DNA from: Hydrogenophaga sp.
Lineage (GTDB): Bacteria > Pseudomonadota > Gammaproteobacteria > Burkholderiales > Burkholderiaceae_C
Direction of reading: 5' to 3'
NCBI RefSeq assembly: GCF_050182545.1
Contig: NZ_JBFXCD010000002.1
Span: forward strand, 52,850 to 116,849
Length of the DNA: 64,000 nt
This document shows, piece after piece, positions 1-12,764 of this stretch. The notes under the pieces are model-generated. The model saw nothing but the letters and a program-made list of their open reading frames with translations, had not been told where the DNA came from and ran no database searches. The translations under genes were made by a program, and so were the position numbers. Each line of letters begins with the position of its first letter. Positions within the stretch are counted from its first letter, which is position 1.

Positions 1-732
1 CATCTCCTGGTCGAGCGCGTTGTGGTGCGTCTTGAAGGGCTTGGCGTTGGCGCCACCCGGGATCGGGTGCAGCATCGGCGTTTCCACCTCGAGGAAGCCG
101 TGGCTCACCATGAAATCGCGGATGCTGGACAGGGCCTGGCTCCGCGCGACGAAGCGCTTGCGCGCGGACTCGTCGGTCATCAGGTCCACGTAGCGCTGGC
201 GGTACTTGATCTCCTGGTCGTGGATGCCATGGAACTTGTCGGGCAGCGGGCGCAGGCTCTTGGTGATGAGGCGGATGCGGTCGGCGTGGATGGTGAGCTC
301 GCCCGTGCGGGTGCGCATGAGCACGCCCTCGGCGGCGACGATGTCGCCCAGGTCCCAGTGCTTGAAGGTGTTGTGCAGCGCTTCGCCCACGCTGTCGTTG
401 TTCAGGTAGATCTGGATGCGGCCGCCCGAGGGGCCAAAGGACGCGTCCTGCAGCGTGGCAAAGCTGGCCTTGCCCATGACGCGCTTGAGCATCATGCGCC
501 CGGCCACGCTGGCGCGCACCGGCTCGGCCTCCAGGGCTTCCTTGGTGCTCTCGCCGAAGCGCGCGAACAGGTTGGCGGCCTTGTCGGCGGGTTTGAAGTC
601 GTTCGGGAACGCCACGCCCTGCCCCTGTTTCTGGGCCTCGCGCAGGGCCTTGAGCTTCTCGCGGCGTTCGGCGATGAGCTGGTTCTGGTCTTGCGCGGGC
701 GCGCTGGCGTCAGTGGTTTGGGCTTGGGTCAT
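1..732 (-). CDS. lysS: lysyl-tRNA synthetase, N-terminal part (C-terminus lies beyond the window start)
   Basis: Hand translation of the minus strand from the ATG at 730-732 gives [32 protein letters not shown]...[22 protein letters not shown], a class II LysRS N-terminus. It is not in the ORF track because it runs off the window edge. Confidence 0.9.
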   Translation of the reverse strand, partial: MTQAQTTDASAPAQDQNQLIAERREKLKALREAQKQGQGVAFPNDFKPADKAANLFARFGESTKEALEAEPVRASVAGRMMLKRVMGKASFATLQDASFGPSGGRIQIYLNNDSVGEALHNTFKHWDLGDIVAAEGVLMRTRTGELTIHADRIRLITKSLRPLPDKFHGIHDQEIKYRQRYVDLMTDESARKRFVARSQALSSIRDFMVSHGFLEVETPMLHPIPGGANAKPFKTHHNALDQEM

Positions 733-737
733 GAATG

Positions 738-803
738 AAAAATGGGTTGGGCACCGAAGTGCGCAACCCATGATTGTAGTTTTCGGGCCGGCAACGGCCC
801 GAA
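738..803 (-). terminator. two hairpins after livF; the second is an intrinsic-terminator-like hairpin plus U-run ending 5 nt before the lysS ATG
   Basis: The first hairpin (782-803) has a 9-bp perfect stem, TTCGGGCCG/CGGCCCGAA. The second (742-771) has an 8+4-bp stem with a UUCG loop on the minus strand, followed by 4 U (741-738; a fifth T at 742 closes the stem). Confidence 0.5.
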
Positions 804-808
804 CCGCC

Positions 809-1525
809 CTATTCGCCCAGATACGCGGCGCGGACCTTCGGGTCGTCGAGCATGTCGCGGCCGTTGCCGGTCATGATGATTTCGCCCGAATCCATGACGT
901 AGCCACGGTCGGCGATTTGCAGCGCGCGGCGGGCGTTCTGCTCCACCAGCAGGATGGTCACGCCCTGCTGGGACACGTCGCGCACGACCTCGAAGATCTT
1001 GTCGACCATGATGGGCGAGAGCCCCATGGAAGGCTCGTCCAGCAGCAGCAGCTTGGGCTGGCTCATGAGCGCGCGCGCCATGGCCAGCATCTGCTGCTCG
1101 CCGCCGCTCATGGTGCCGGCGAGCTGGTCCTTGCGCTCCTTGAGTCGCGGGAAGATGCCGAACATGCGCTCGATGTCCTGCGCAATGCCCGCCTTGTCGC
1201 CACGGATGTAGGCACCCATCTGCAGGTTCTCGGTGATCGACATGCGGGTGAACACGCCCCGGCCCTCGGGCACCATGGCCAGGCCCTGCTTGACCATGTC
1301 CCACGCGCCCCTGCCCTTGATGCTCTGCCCGAGATACTCGATGTTGCCGGCCTCGTAGCCGAGCGAGCCGGTGATGGCCTTCATGGTGGTGGTCTTGCCC
1401 GCACCGTTGGAGCCGATGAGCGAGATCAGCTCGCCCTCGCGCACCTCGAGATCGATGCCCTTGACGGCCTTGATGCCGCCGTACGCGACCTTCAGGCCAC
1501 TGACTTTGAGAAGTGTGTTTGCCAT
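809..1525 (-). CDS. livF: branched-chain amino acid ABC transporter ATP-binding protein
   Basis: ORF 809..1552. The protein [46 protein letters not shown] has a Walker A motif. I chose the start at 1525 because an AAGGA SD lies upstream of it. Confidence 0.9.
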   Translation of the reverse strand: MANTLLKVSGLKVAYGGIKAVKGIDLEVREGELISLIGSNGAGKTTTMKAITGSLGYEAGNIEYLGQSIKGRGAWDMVKQGLAMVPEGRGVFTRMSITENLQMGAYIRGDKAGIAQDIERMFGIFPRLKERKDQLAGTMSGGEQQMLAMARALMSQPKLLLLDEPSMGLSPIMVDKIFEVVRDVSQQGVTILLVEQNARRALQIADRGYVMDSGEIIMTGNGRDMLDDPKVRAAYLGE

Positions 1526-1541
1526 TTGTGTCGGTCCTTGG

Positions 1542-2312
1542 TCAGTGGCCACCGGTGCCGAGGTAGGCCTCGATCACCTTGGGATCTTTCTGCACATCGG
1601 CGGGCGTTCCGGAAGCCAGCTGCTTGCCGTAGTCGAGCACGGTGACGCGGTCGCACAGGCCCATCACCAGCTTCACATCGTGTTCGATCAGAAGGATGGT
1701 GCGGTTGTCCTTGCGGATGCGGTCGATCAGCTCGCGCAGCAGCACCTTTTCGGTGGCGTTCATGCCGGCGGCGGGTTCGTCCAGCGCGATCAGTTGCGGG
1801 TCGGTCGCCAGGGCTCGTGCGATCTCCAGCCGGCGCTGGTCGCCGTAGCTGAGCGTGCGTGATTTGTAGTCGGCGAACTTCTCGATGCCGACGTAGGCCA
1901 GCAGTTCGCGTGCGCGCGCCGTGATGGCCGCCTCCTCGCGCTTGAAGCCGGGCGTGCGCAACACCGCGCCGATCAGGCCGGAATGCGTGCGCACATGGCG
2001 CCCGACCATCACGTTCTCCAGCGCGGTCATCTCGGCGAACAGCCGGATGTTCTGGAAGGTACGGGCAATGCCGGCCTTGGCCACCTCGTGCACCGCACTG
2101 GGCGTGTAGGGTTTGCCGGCGAGCTCGAACGAACCGCTGTCGGGCGTGTACAGGCCGGTCAGCACGTTGAAGAAGGTGGTCTTGCCCGCGCCGTTGGGAC
2201 CGATCAGGCCATAGACCTGACCGCGCTGGATTTCAATGCCCACGTCGCTCAGGGCCTGCAGGCCGCCGAAGCGCTTGGAAACATTCGCTACCTTGAGAAT
2301 GGTGTCGCTCAT
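1542..2312 (-). CDS. livG: branched-chain amino acid ABC transporter ATP-binding protein
   Basis: ORF 1542..2312, MSDTILKVANVSKRFGGLQALSDVGIEIQRGQVYGLIGPNGAGKTT. Confidence 0.9.
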   Translation of the reverse strand: MSDTILKVANVSKRFGGLQALSDVGIEIQRGQVYGLIGPNGAGKTTFFNVLTGLYTPDSGSFELAGKPYTPSAVHEVAKAGIARTFQNIRLFAEMTALENVMVGRHVRTHSGLIGAVLRTPGFKREEAAITARARELLAYVGIEKFADYKSRTLSYGDQRRLEIARALATDPQLIALDEPAAGMNATEKVLLRELIDRIRKDNRTILLIEHDVKLVMGLCDRVTVLDYGKQLASGTPADVQKDPKVIEAYLGTGGH

Positions 2313-2325
2313 CTGTTGTCTCCCG

Positions 2326-3438
2326 TCACTTGCTCAAGGACTTGCCGTGCTCGGGCGCAGGCCACAAACCCTTGGGACGCAGCAGCATCACGATCACCAT
2401 CGCCAGCGCAATCAGCAACTGGCGCAGGACTTCTGGGCCGAGGCGCCCGCCGGTCATTTCGCCCAGCGGCCCGGCCACATGGCGCAACACCTCGGGCAGG
2501 CCGGCCAGCACCAGCGCGCCCAGGATCACGCCCGGTATGTGGCCGATGCCGCCGAGCACGACCATGGCCACCACCATCACGGATTCCATCAGCGCGAACG
2601 ACTCGGGTGAGACGAAGCGCTGGAAGGACGCGAACAGCACGCCCGACATTCCGCCGAAGGTGGCACCCATGCCGAAGGCCAGCAGCTTGAGGTTGCGCGT
2701 GTTCAGGCCCATAGCCTTGGCGGCGATCTCGTCCTCGCGGATGGCCATCCAGGCGCGACCGATGCGCGAATCCTGCAAGCGGTAGGACAGCACCACGGAC
2801 AGGATCACGAAGAACAGGAACAGGTAGTAGTACATCGTCACCGGCTGGAAGGTGTAGCTCCAGTCGCCGATCGAAATCGTCTGCCGCTGTCCCATGTTGA
2901 TGCCGAAAACGGTCAGGGCATCGATCTGGCTCAGCCCCTTGGGGCCGTTGGTGATGTTCAGCGGCCGGTCCATGTTGAGCAGGAAGATGCGGATGATCTC
3001 GCCGAAGCCCAGCGTGATGATGGCCAGGTAGTCGCCGCGCAGCTTGAGCGTGGGCGCACCCAGGATCATGCCGACGATGCCAGCGACCCCGGCCGCGGCG
3101 ATCATCACCAGCCAGATGTTGACGTGCACACCGTCGGGGAATGTGGCGCGGATGGCGGCGAAGGTGTCCGCCAGGTGCGGCGAGGCGAGCAGGCCATAGA
3201 GATAGGCGCCCACCGCATAGAAGGCGATGTAGCCCAGATCCAGCAGGCCGGCATAGCCCACCACGATATTCAAGCCCAGCGCAAGCAGCACGTACAGCAG
3301 CGCCAGATCAATGATGCGGACCCAGGAGTTGCTGCCTGTGGCCTGCAGCAACAGGGGCAGCACCATCAGGGCGACGGCGGCCAGAAGGAAGACAATGAGT
3401 TTCCCGGTTTTGGTGTTCATCATGTCGGTTCTCCTCAT
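2326..3438 (-). CDS. livM: branched-chain amino acid ABC transporter permease
   Basis: ORF 2326..3438 is polytopic and LivM-like. The start could be a few codons downstream (MNTKTG). Confidence 0.85.
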   Translation of the reverse strand: MRRTDMMNTKTGKLIVFLLAAVALMVLPLLLQATGSNSWVRIIDLALLYVLLALGLNIVVGYAGLLDLGYIAFYAVGAYLYGLLASPHLADTFAAIRATFPDGVHVNIWLVMIAAAGVAGIVGMILGAPTLKLRGDYLAIITLGFGEIIRIFLLNMDRPLNITNGPKGLSQIDALTVFGINMGQRQTISIGDWSYTFQPVTMYYYLFLFFVILSVVLSYRLQDSRIGRAWMAIREDEIAAKAMGLNTRNLKLLAFGMGATFGGMSGVLFASFQRFVSPESFALMESVMVVAMVVLGGIGHIPGVILGALVLAGLPEVLRHVAGPLGEMTGGRLGPEVLRQLLIALAMVIVMLLRPKGLWPAPEHGKSLSK

Positions 3439-3441
3439 CGC

Positions 3442-4371
3442 TCAGGCGCGGTCCGCCACGCGTTCGCCGAGCAGGCCCGAGGGGCGCAGCGTCAGCACCA
3501 GGGCGAGCACGATGAAGGCAAAGATGTCCACGTACTGGCTGCCCAGCACACCGCCGGTGAGCTGGCCAAGGTAGCCGGCGCCAAGGGACTCGATCAAGCC
3601 GAGCGCAACGCCTCCGACGACCGCGCCGGCGAGGTTGCCGATGCCGCCCATGACCGCCGCCACGAAGGCCTTGAGCCCGGGCATGAAACCCATGGCGTGT
3701 TGCACCGTGCCGTAGTTGGACGCCCACATCACGCCCGCGATGGCCGCGAGCATGGCGCCGATGATGAAGGTGGCCGAGATGACCACGTCGGGCTTGATGC
3801 CCATGAGCGCGGCCACGCGCGGGTTCTCCGCCGTGGCGCGCATGGCGCGGCCCAGGTTGGTGCGGTTGACCAGCCACATGAGGAAGCTCAGCGTGATGGC
3901 CGTGGTGGCCAGGATCACCACCTGCGTCACCGAGATGACGGCGCCTCCGACGGCAATCGGCTCGCGCGACAGCATGGAGGGGTAGGACTTGGGATTGGGC
4001 TCCCAGATGATCATGGCGAAGGTCTGCAGCAGCAGCGACATGCCGATGGCGGTGATCAGGGGGGCGAGCCGGTTCGAGTTGCGCAGGGGCCGGTAGGCCA
4101 GCTTCTCGATGGCGAAGTTCAGTACCGCACACACCAGCATGGCGATCATGGTGGCCATAAAAAGCACCAGCCAGGTCGGCAGGCCGGTGGACGCCTCCAT
4201 CATCCAGCCGATGACGGTCCAGCTGGTCAGGGCACCTACCATCAGCACGTCACCGTGCGCAAAGTTGATCAGACCAATAATGCCGTACACCATGGTGTAC
4301 CCAAGGGCCACCAGCGCGTACATGCTGCCCAGCACCAGACCATTGATGATCTGCTGAAGCAAAACTTCCAT
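3442..4371 (-). CDS. livH: branched-chain amino acid ABC transporter permease
   Basis: ORF 3442..4371, MEVLLQQIINGLVLGSMYALVALGYTMVYG. Confidence 0.9.
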   Translation of the reverse strand: MEVLLQQIINGLVLGSMYALVALGYTMVYGIIGLINFAHGDVLMVGALTSWTVIGWMMEASTGLPTWLVLFMATMIAMLVCAVLNFAIEKLAYRPLRNSNRLAPLITAIGMSLLLQTFAMIIWEPNPKSYPSMLSREPIAVGGAVISVTQVVILATTAITLSFLMWLVNRTNLGRAMRATAENPRVAALMGIKPDVVISATFIIGAMLAAIAGVMWASNYGTVQHAMGFMPGLKAFVAAVMGGIGNLAGAVVGGVALGLIESLGAGYLGQLTGGVLGSQYVDIFAFIVLALVLTLRPSGLLGERVADRA

Positions 4372-4601
4372 GAAGATTCTCCGTGTGTATGACAGGCCGG
4401 GGAACGCTTGTGGCGCTGGCCCACCTCAACCTAGCAAAAAACCCGCCAGACCTGACCTTGAAACAGGACAGACTGCGGGTTGGTGGACGGATTGTAATGA
4501 GGCACTTTTGGGGCCAGCATGCGTGTAAGCCCTTAGCGGGCGCGGGTTAACCCTTGTTTGGATGCATCTCCCCAGATCGCATCAGCGCGATTGGTGATGC
4601 A

Positions 4602-5894
4602 TTAGTTATTTTGATTGTTGAGTTTTTTGAGCTCGCGCAGCTTATCGGCGATGCGCAACTCCAGCCCACGCTCCACCGGCCGGTAGAAGCCGGGGTCGGG
4701 CATGCCATCGGGCAGGTACCGCTCGCCCGCGGCGAAGCCGTCCGCTTCATCGTGGGCATAGCGGTAGCCCTTGCCGTAGTCCAGTTCCTTCATGAGTTGG
4801 GTCGGCGCGTTGCGCAGATGCATGGGCACCGGGCGGGTCCCGTCTTTCTTCACGAATGCCTTCGCTGCGTTGAAAGCCTTGTAGACCGCGTTGCTCTTGG
4901 GCGCCACCGCCAGATAGACCACGCATTCGGCCAGGGCCAGTTCGCCTTCGGGGCTGCCGAGGCGCTCGTAAACCTCGGCGGCGTCCAGCGCCAGGCGCAG
5001 GGCGCGCGGGTCGGCCAGGCCAATGTCCTCGCTGGCCATGCGGATCAGCCGGCGCGCCATGTAGCGCGGATCTGCACCGCCGTCGAGCATGCGCACGAAC
5101 CAGTACAACGAGGCATCCGGATCGGAGCCGCGCACGCTTTTGTGCAGGGCGCTGATGGTGTCGTAGAACTGCTCGCCCCCCTTGTCATAGCGGCGCATGC
5201 GCTCACCCAGCACCTTGAGCAGCCAGGCATCGGTGACTTCGGGGAGCTGTTCACGGCTGGCCGCCACGGCCAGGGTTTCCAGCGTGTTGAGCAGGCGCCG
5301 CGCGTCGCCATCGGCATAGGCAATCAGGCGATCGATGGCGGCTGCCTCAATCGCCGGGACGGCGTCAATGGCCTGCGCCTTGGTCACGATCTGGCGCAGA
5401 TCGTCCTGCGACAGCGGCTGCAACACGTAGACTGCTGCACGCGAAAGCAGGGCCGAGTTGACCTCGAATGAGGGATTTTCGGTGGTGGCTCCGATGAAGG
5501 TGAACAGGCCGCTCTCCACATGGGGCAGGAAAGCGTCCTGCTGGCTCTTGTTGAAGCGGTGCACCTCGTCGACGAACAGGATGGTGCGTTGGGCGGTGAG
5601 GCCATCGCGCGCAGCCTGAGCGCGCTCGACTGCGTCCCGGATGTCCTTCACGCCGCCCAGCACCGCGCTGATGGTCAGGAACTGCGCGTCGAAGGCATCG
5701 GCCATGAGGCGCGCGATCGTGGTCTTGCCCACACCCGGCGGACCCCAGAGGATGCAGCTGTGGGGCTGGCCGGACTCAAACGCCAGACGCAGCGCCATGC
5801 CCTCGCCCAGCATGTGCTGCTGGCCGATCACCTCGGCCAGGGTGCGCGGGCGCAACCGCTCGGCCAGGGGGACGTGTGAACTCGCGGCAGGCAC
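4602..5894 (-). CDS. rarA: replication-associated recombination protein A (AAA+ ATPase)
   Basis: ORF 4602..6140 contains [19 protein letters not shown] and [10 protein letters not shown]. The upstream part overlaps lolA, so I chose the GTG at 5894 as the start. The start is uncertain. Confidence 0.8.
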   Translation of the reverse strand: MPAASSHVPLAERLRPRTLAEVIGQQHMLGEGMALRLAFESGQPHSCILWGPPGVGKTTIARLMADAFDAQFLTISAVLGGVKDIRDAVERAQAARDGLTAQRTILFVDEVHRFNKSQQDAFLPHVESGLFTFIGATTENPSFEVNSALLSRAAVYVLQPLSQDDLRQIVTKAQAIDAVPAIEAAAIDRLIAYADGDARRLLNTLETLAVAASREQLPEVTDAWLLKVLGERMRRYDKGGEQFYDTISALHKSVRGSDPDASLYWFVRMLDGGADPRYMARRLIRMASEDIGLADPRALRLALDAAEVYERLGSPEGELALAECVVYLAVAPKSNAVYKAFNAAKAFVKKDGTRPVPMHLRNAPTQLMKELDYGKGYRYAHDEADGFAAGERYLPDGMPDPGFYRPVERGLELRIADKLRELKKLNNQNN

Positions 5895-5929
5895 GGCGGT
5901 GTTCAGTCCAGCGCAGGCGACAGCGCCGT

Positions 5930-6571
5930 TCAGGGCCGGATGACCGAGGCGCCGGCCGGCGGCTGGAACGTGAAGTCCGCCGGCTTCAGAGGTGCGTTGG
6001 CCTGCCAATCGCGGAAGGTGAGCACGGAGCGCTGGCCCAGGCTGTCCTCGATGTCCAGCACGGCGAGTTGCCCTTGGCGAAAACCCACGCGCACCATCTG
6101 GAGCTGGCCATCGCGGTCCTTGGGGCGCGCCTCCAGCCATTCCATGCCGTCTCGAGCGGCTCCGGACTTGAGTTCGAACGCTTCCGAGAGCCCCTTGAGA
6201 TCGGTGCCCGCCGCGATCAGCGCCGCAGGCGTGCTGCCCAGGGCGTCCTTCTGCGAGCGTGATGTCACTTGGTTCAGGTCCACGTCATGCAGCCACAGGG
6301 TCTGGCCGTCGGCCACGATGGTCTGTTCGAACGGTTTGGCGTACTCGAAACGGAAACGGCCTGGGCGAAGAAACTCAAAGCGACCGCTGGACGTCTTGCT
6401 GCGCGCCATGGTTTCGTTCGCGCGCTTGGGCGAAGTCACCACCTGCGTGAACGTGGCCTTGCCGCTATCGACCTCGCGCAGGAATCGCTCCAGGTCTTGC
6501 AGGCCATCGGCCCGGGCGGTAAGCGCGGCCAGGGCGAGTGCGCAGGAGGTTAGGACTTGTCTGATGATCAT
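5930..6571 (-). CDS. lolA: outer-membrane lipoprotein carrier protein
   Basis: ORF 5930..6622. The start is taken at MIIRQVLTSCALALAALTARA (signal peptide). It lies in the ftsK-lolA-rarA synteny. Confidence 0.85.
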   Translation of the reverse strand: MIIRQVLTSCALALAALTARADGLQDLERFLREVDSGKATFTQVVTSPKRANETMARSKTSSGRFEFLRPGRFRFEYAKPFEQTIVADGQTLWLHDVDLNQVTSRSQKDALGSTPAALIAAGTDLKGLSEAFELKSGAARDGMEWLEARPKDRDGQLQMVRVGFRQGQLAVLDIEDSLGQRSVLTFRDWQANAPLKPADFTFQPPAGASVIRP

Positions 6572-6618
6572 GGAAGGTCTGATCCGGTCGCGCCCGGTTG
6601 GTTGCAGCACTGTGCCAC

Positions 6619-8964
6619 TCATTCCCCGCGCGAGGGCACCAGGATGTCGCGCTGGCCGCTGGAGGTGAGCGCGCTCACCAGGCCGGCGTTTTCCATGTCT
6701 TCCAGCAGACGCGCGGCGCGGTTGTAGCCGATCTTGAGCTTGCGCTGCACATAGGAGATGCTGGCCTTGCGGTCCTTGAGCACGATCTCGACCGCCTGGT
6801 CATAAAGTGCGTCCTTCTCGCCGTTGCCGCCCTCGCCGCCGCCCTCGCCAAAGAGGTCGCCACCCTCGCCATCGCCCGTGCCACCTTCGAGCACGCCATC
6901 GATGTAGTTCGGCTCGCCCCCCTGCTCTTTCAGGTAGGCCACCACGCGGTGCACTTCGTCGTCGCTCACGAACGCGCCGTGCACGCGAACCGGAAAACCC
7001 GTGCCCGAGGGCATGTACAGCATGTCGCCCATGCCGAGCAGGCTCTCGGCGCCCATCTGGTCGAGGATGGTGCGGCTGTCGATCTTGCTGCTGACCTGGA
7101 AGGACAGGCGCGTCGGGATATTGGCCTTGATCAGGCCGGTGATTACGTCCACGCTGGGGCGTTGCGTGGCAAGAATGAGGTGAATGCCCGCGGCGCGTGC
7201 CTTCTGGGCCAGACGCGCGATGAGTTCCTCGATCTTCTTGCCCACCACCATCATCAGGTCGGCCAGTTCGTCGATCACCACCACGATGTAGGGCAAGCGC
7301 TCCAGCGGCTCGGGCTGCTCGGGCGTAAGGCTGAATGGGTTGCCAATGATCTCGCCGCGCGCGGCGGCCTCGTCGATCTTGGTGTTGAAGCCGGCGAGGT
7401 TGCGCACGCCCATCTTGCTCATGAGCTTGTAGCGCTTCTCCATCTCCGCGACGCACCAGTTCAAGCCGTTGGCCGCGTGCTTCATGTCGGTAACCACCGG
7501 CGCGAGCAGATGGGGGATGCCCTCGTACACGCTCATCTCGAGCATCTTCGGGTCGATCAGCAGCAGGCGCACGTCGCGCGCATCGGCCTTGTACAGCAGC
7601 GACAGGATCATCGCGTTGATGCCCACCGACTTGCCCGAACCCGTCGTGCCGGCCACGAGGCAGTGCGGCATCTTCGCCAGATCGGCCACCACGGGTTGAC
7701 CGCCGATGTCCTTGCCCAGGCCCATGGTCAGCATGGACTTCGCGTCGTTGTAGACCTGCGAGCCGAGAATCTCGCTCAGCTTGATGGTCTGGCGCTTGGC
7801 GTTGGGCAGCTCCAGCGCCATCAGATTCTTGCCCGGGATGGTCTCGATCACGCGGATCGACACCAGCGACAGCGAGCGCGCCAGATCGCGCCCGAGGTTG
7901 ACAATCTGCGACCCCTTCACTCCAGTGGCGGGCTCGATTTCGTAGCGCGTGATGACCGGGCCAGGTGCCGCCGCCACCACACGCACCTCGACACCGAAGT
8001 CCTTGAGCTTCTTCTCGATCAACCGGCTGGTCATCTCCAGCGTCTGGCTGTCCACACCCGCCTGGTGCGACGGCGCACTGTCGAGCAGGTCCACCTGAGG
8101 CAATTTGCTGTCGGGCAACTCGGTGAACAGCGGCTTCTGGCGCTCCTTGGCCACGCGCTCGCTCTTGGGAACATCCACCAGCGTGGGTTCGATCACCACG
8201 GGTGTGGGATGGTGCTCCTCGATTTCCACCCGCTCGACCTTCACCACCTCTTCGCGTTCGCGCGCAGCCTTCTCGCCAATGCGCTGGTCCTCCACCGCTT
8301 CGCGCTTCTCGCGCCGGGCCTCAAACCAGCCATCAAGCGTATGCCCGACTTCCTCGGCCCAGTGCCCCCAGGAAAAGCGGAATACCGTCGGCAGACACAC
8401 GAGCAACAACGCCAGCATGGCCAGCGCCGAACCCGTGAACCCCAACCACCACGTGGCAAGGGGGCCCAGCGCATGTCCGAGCACGCCACCCGCATGACCC
8501 GGCAGCAGCGATTCGAGGCGGTACAGGCGGCTCCATTCCAGTACCGCGCTGGCCACCACCAGGGTCGCGAGTGCCAGCCAGAACAGGCTGCGGCGGGCCC
8601 AGGGGCGGCGCCAGAAGCGGGCTGCGGTGACCTGCTCGGGCGGTGCGCCGCGAATCCAGCGCGCGAGCGCCGACAGCCAAGCCCGCAAGCCCACCAGAAA
8701 AAGCCACCACACCGAGAAACCGAGCAGGTAATAGCTCCAGTCCGCCAGCAGGGCGCCGAGGTGCCCGCCCCAGTTGCCCGGCTCGGCCAACGAGCCGGTG
8801 GTGCTCCAGGCTGGGTCGGCCAGCGAATGGCTCAATAGCGCGAGCAGCCAGAAAGCCAGGGCGGCGGCGCCCAGCACCAATCCGATCTCCTGGGCAAACC
8901 GGGACACACCCGCCGGACTCGCGCTGTTGCGCTCGGCGTTGAGGGTGTTGAGAGAGTAAGTCAT
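6619..8964 (-). CDS. ftsK: DNA translocase FtsK
   Basis: ORF 6619..8964 (781 aa) has N-terminal TM segments, the Walker A motif [10 protein letters not shown] and a C-terminal winged-helix gamma domain. Confidence 0.9.
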   Translation of the reverse strand: MTYSLNTLNAERNSASPAGVSRFAQEIGLVLGAAALAFWLLALLSHSLADPAWSTTGSLAEPGNWGGHLGALLADWSYYLLGFSVWWLFLVGLRAWLSALARWIRGAPPEQVTAARFWRRPWARRSLFWLALATLVVASAVLEWSRLYRLESLLPGHAGGVLGHALGPLATWWLGFTGSALAMLALLLVCLPTVFRFSWGHWAEEVGHTLDGWFEARREKREAVEDQRIGEKAAREREEVVKVERVEIEEHHPTPVVIEPTLVDVPKSERVAKERQKPLFTELPDSKLPQVDLLDSAPSHQAGVDSQTLEMTSRLIEKKLKDFGVEVRVVAAAPGPVITRYEIEPATGVKGSQIVNLGRDLARSLSLVSIRVIETIPGKNLMALELPNAKRQTIKLSEILGSQVYNDAKSMLTMGLGKDIGGQPVVADLAKMPHCLVAGTTGSGKSVGINAMILSLLYKADARDVRLLLIDPKMLEMSVYEGIPHLLAPVVTDMKHAANGLNWCVAEMEKRYKLMSKMGVRNLAGFNTKIDEAAARGEIIGNPFSLTPEQPEPLERLPYIVVVIDELADLMMVVGKKIEELIARLAQKARAAGIHLILATQRPSVDVITGLIKANIPTRLSFQVSSKIDSRTILDQMGAESLLGMGDMLYMPSGTGFPVRVHGAFVSDDEVHRVVAYLKEQGGEPNYIDGVLEGGTGDGEGGDLFGEGGGEGGNGEKDALYDQAVEIVLKDRKASISYVQRKLKIGYNRAARLLEDMENAGLVSALTSSGQRDILVPSRGE

Positions 8965-9044
8965 AGGCCTCGCTGAATTCCAGCGGCTAGCTTACCCCAT
9001 GAGCCCGCCCTTTCGGGCGATGCCGGCCGCCTTGGCCAGCGCGC

Positions 9045-10822
<1,778 letters not shown>

Positions 10823-11026
10823 GCCCTTCGGAACGGCCCGTGCTCGCCGGCGGGTTGCTCTTTGGCTATAATTGCGGGCTTTGCTGAGATTTACCGGCTT
10901 GCCCGGGCACGAAGCAGATCCACGGGTTACCGCCACCCTTTCCTGGCGAGGTGAGGCTGATGCGCCCAGCACGGAGACCACTCCGGTTCGCGGCCAGCAG
11001 CTGTTTGAAATGATCGGAGTGTCCTC

Positions 11027-11260
11027 ATGGCACGCGTCTGCGACGTTACGGGCAAGAAGCCCATGGTCGGGAACAACGTTTCCCACGCCAACAACAAAAC
11101 CAAGCGCCGGTTCCTGCCGAACCTGCAATACCGCCGCTTCTGGGTCGAGAGCGAGAACCGCTGGGTGCGCCTGCGCGTTTCCGGCGCTGCCCTGCGCCTG
11201 ATCGACAAAAACGGCATTGACGCTGTGCTCGCCGACCTGCGCGCACGCGGTCAGGCTTAA
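11027..11260 (+). CDS. rpmB: 50S ribosomal protein L28
   Basis: ORF 11027..11260, [34 protein letters not shown]. Confidence 0.95.
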   Translation: MARVCDVTGKKPMVGNNVSHANNKTKRRFLPNLQYRRFWVESENRWVRLRVSGAALRLIDKNGIDAVLADLRARGQA

Positions 11261-11272
11261 GGAGAACCGAAC

Positions 11273-11443
11273 ATGGCAACCAAAGGCACACGCGAGAAGA
11301 TCAAGCTGGAGTCCACCGCTGGAACCGGCCACTTCTACACCACCACCAAGAACAAGAAGACCACGCCGGACAAGATGCTGATCAAGAAATTTGATCCCAA
11401 GGCCCGCAAGCACGTGGACTACAAGGAAATCAAGCTCAAGTAA
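11273..11443 (+). CDS. rpmG: 50S ribosomal protein L33
   Basis: Hand translation gives [56 protein letters not shown] (56 aa). GGAGAA lies 6 nt upstream. It is absent from the ORF track, whose shortest listed ORFs are 60 aa. Confidence 0.9.
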   Translation: MATKGTREKIKLESTAGTGHFYTTTKNKKTTPDKMLIKKFDPKARKHVDYKEIKLK

Positions 11444-11461
11444 TCGAGCCCTTTCCCCGAC

Positions 11462-11496
11462 AAAAAAAGCCCGCTGTGAAAACAGCGGGCTTTTTT
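11462..11496. terminator. bidirectional intrinsic terminator between rpmG and the convergent desaturase gene
   Basis: An A7 run, then the stem GCCCGCTG/CAGCGGGC (loop TGAAAA), then a T6 run. Confidence 0.7.
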
Positions 11497-11537
11497 CATT
11501 CAGCCGCGCCGCAGGCGCGGCGCGGGCCAGGCATTGT

Positions 11538-12764
11538 TCAGGCGTGGGCCGAGCGCAGCTTGATGGAGAATTCCTGCAACGCGGCAATGCCACTTTCTTC
11601 GGCGCGGCGGCACCACGCCTGCAAGTCCGCGGCAAGCTGCTCGCGGGTGGCGTTGGTGCTGGACCAAAGTGCGCGCAGCTCTTCGCGCATGGTGACCATC
11701 TTGTCGAGCACCGGATGCTCGGCGCGCACCTGGGCCAGTTGCGGTTTGACGCTGGCAGGCACCTTGTCGTCGTCGCGGTGCAGCCAGCGGCGCGCGGCCT
11801 GGAGCACGGTGGCATCGCCACGGCGTTCGCGCAGCGTCTGGATCTCGCGCTTGCATGCGGCGCGCATTTCACGCGCATACCCTGCCATCACCTCGTAGCG
11901 GTTCGCAATGATGGCTTCCAGCGTCTTTTCGTCGGCCACGGGTCGCACGACGCCGTAGGCCATCTTGGGCGGCACCTTCTTCACGGAAGCCAGCCCGACG
12001 GACTTCAACAGGGTGATGTACATCCAGCCGATGTCGAATTCGTAGGGCTTGACCGACAGCTTGGCCGAGGTCGGGTAGGTGTGGTGGTTGTTGTGCAGCT
12101 CTTCGCCACCGATCAGGATGCCCCAGGGCGAAACGTTGGTGCTGGCATCAGCGGCCTCGAAGTTGCGGTAGCCCCACCAGTGGCCGATGCCGTTGATGAT
12201 GCCGGCGGCGGTAAGGGGAATCCAGATCATCTGGATCGCCCAGACCGTCAGACCCAGCGCGCCGAACAGCGCCACATCGATGATGAGCATCAGGCTCACG
12301 CCCAGGCGCGAGCGGCCGGTGTATAGGTGCTTTTCAATCCAGTCGTTCGGGGTGTTGTGGCCATAGCGCTCCAGGGTTTCCTGGTTCTTCGCCTCGGCGC
12401 GGTACAGCTCGCTGCCCTCATAGAACACCTTCTTGATACCGAACACCACCGGGCTGTGCGGATCACCTTCATGTTCACACTTGGCGTGGTGCTTGCGGTG
12501 GATGGCGGTCCACTCCTTGGTGACCATGCCGGTGGTCAGCCAGAGCCAGAAGCGGAAGAAATGCGACGCGATGGGGTGCAGGTCCAGCGAACGGTGCGCC
12601 TGGTGGCGGTGCAGGAAGATGGTGACGCTGGCGATCGTGACATGGGCCAGCAGCAGGGCAACCAGAATGGCCTGCCACCAGGTGGCGCCCGTCAGGCCCT
12701 GGTCCAGGAACTGGATCAGGCCGTCCCATACTTGGGAAAAGGTTCCGGAATCGGAAGAAATCAT
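11538..12764 (-). CDS. membrane acyl-CoA (delta-9-type) fatty acid desaturase
   Basis: ORF 11538..12764 carries the histidine boxes HRHQAHRS, HRKHHAKCEHEGDPHSP and HNNHHTYP, and N-terminal TM segments. Confidence 0.85.
   Translation of the reverse strand: MISSDSGTFSQVWDGLIQFLDQGLTGATWWQAILVALLLAHVTIASVTIFLHRHQAHRSLDLHPIASHFFRFWLWLTTGMVTKEWTAIHRKHHAKCEHEGDPHSPVVFGIKKVFYEGSELYRAEAKNQETLERYGHNTPNDWIEKHLYTGRSRLGVSLMLIIDVALFGALGLTVWAIQMIWIPLTAAGIINGIGHWWGYRNFEAADASTNVSPWGILIGGEELHNNHHTYPTSAKLSVKPYEFDIGWMYITLLKSVGLASVKKVPPKMAYGVVRPVADEKTLEAIIANRYEVMAGYAREMRAACKREIQTLRERRGDATVLQAARRWLHRDDDKVPASVKPQLAQVRAEHPVLDKMVTMREELRALWSSTNATREQLAADLQAWCRRAEESGIAALQEFSIKLRSAHA

Noticed and set aside
809-4371. 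The livHMGF operon lacking a periplasmic binding-protein gene.
   Set aside because: The binding protein may be encoded elsewhere, and this arrangement is common. Nothing in the sequence suggests a deletion scar or pseudogene.
5895-6140. An upstream extension of the rarA ORF to the ATG at 6140. Similar extensions occur in 12934..14511, 36453..38504, 30417..31655, 61885..63252 and 34315..36024.
   Set aside because: The extensions overlap the neighbouring upstream genes (for example lolA and prfC), are Arg/Pro/Gly-rich, and precede the conserved N-termini. Internal starts with SD sequences fit much better.
6598-8838. A 746-aa plus-strand ORF.
   Set aside because: It is antisense to ftsK. It shows the same low-complexity composition and no recognisable motifs.
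10823-11026. TATAAT at 10867-10872 as the rpmB promoter -10 box, with TTGCTC as the -35 box.
   Set aside because: The spacing between the two hexamers is only 6 nt, and no acceptable -35 box lies at 17 nt. I cannot support a promoter call from sequence alone.
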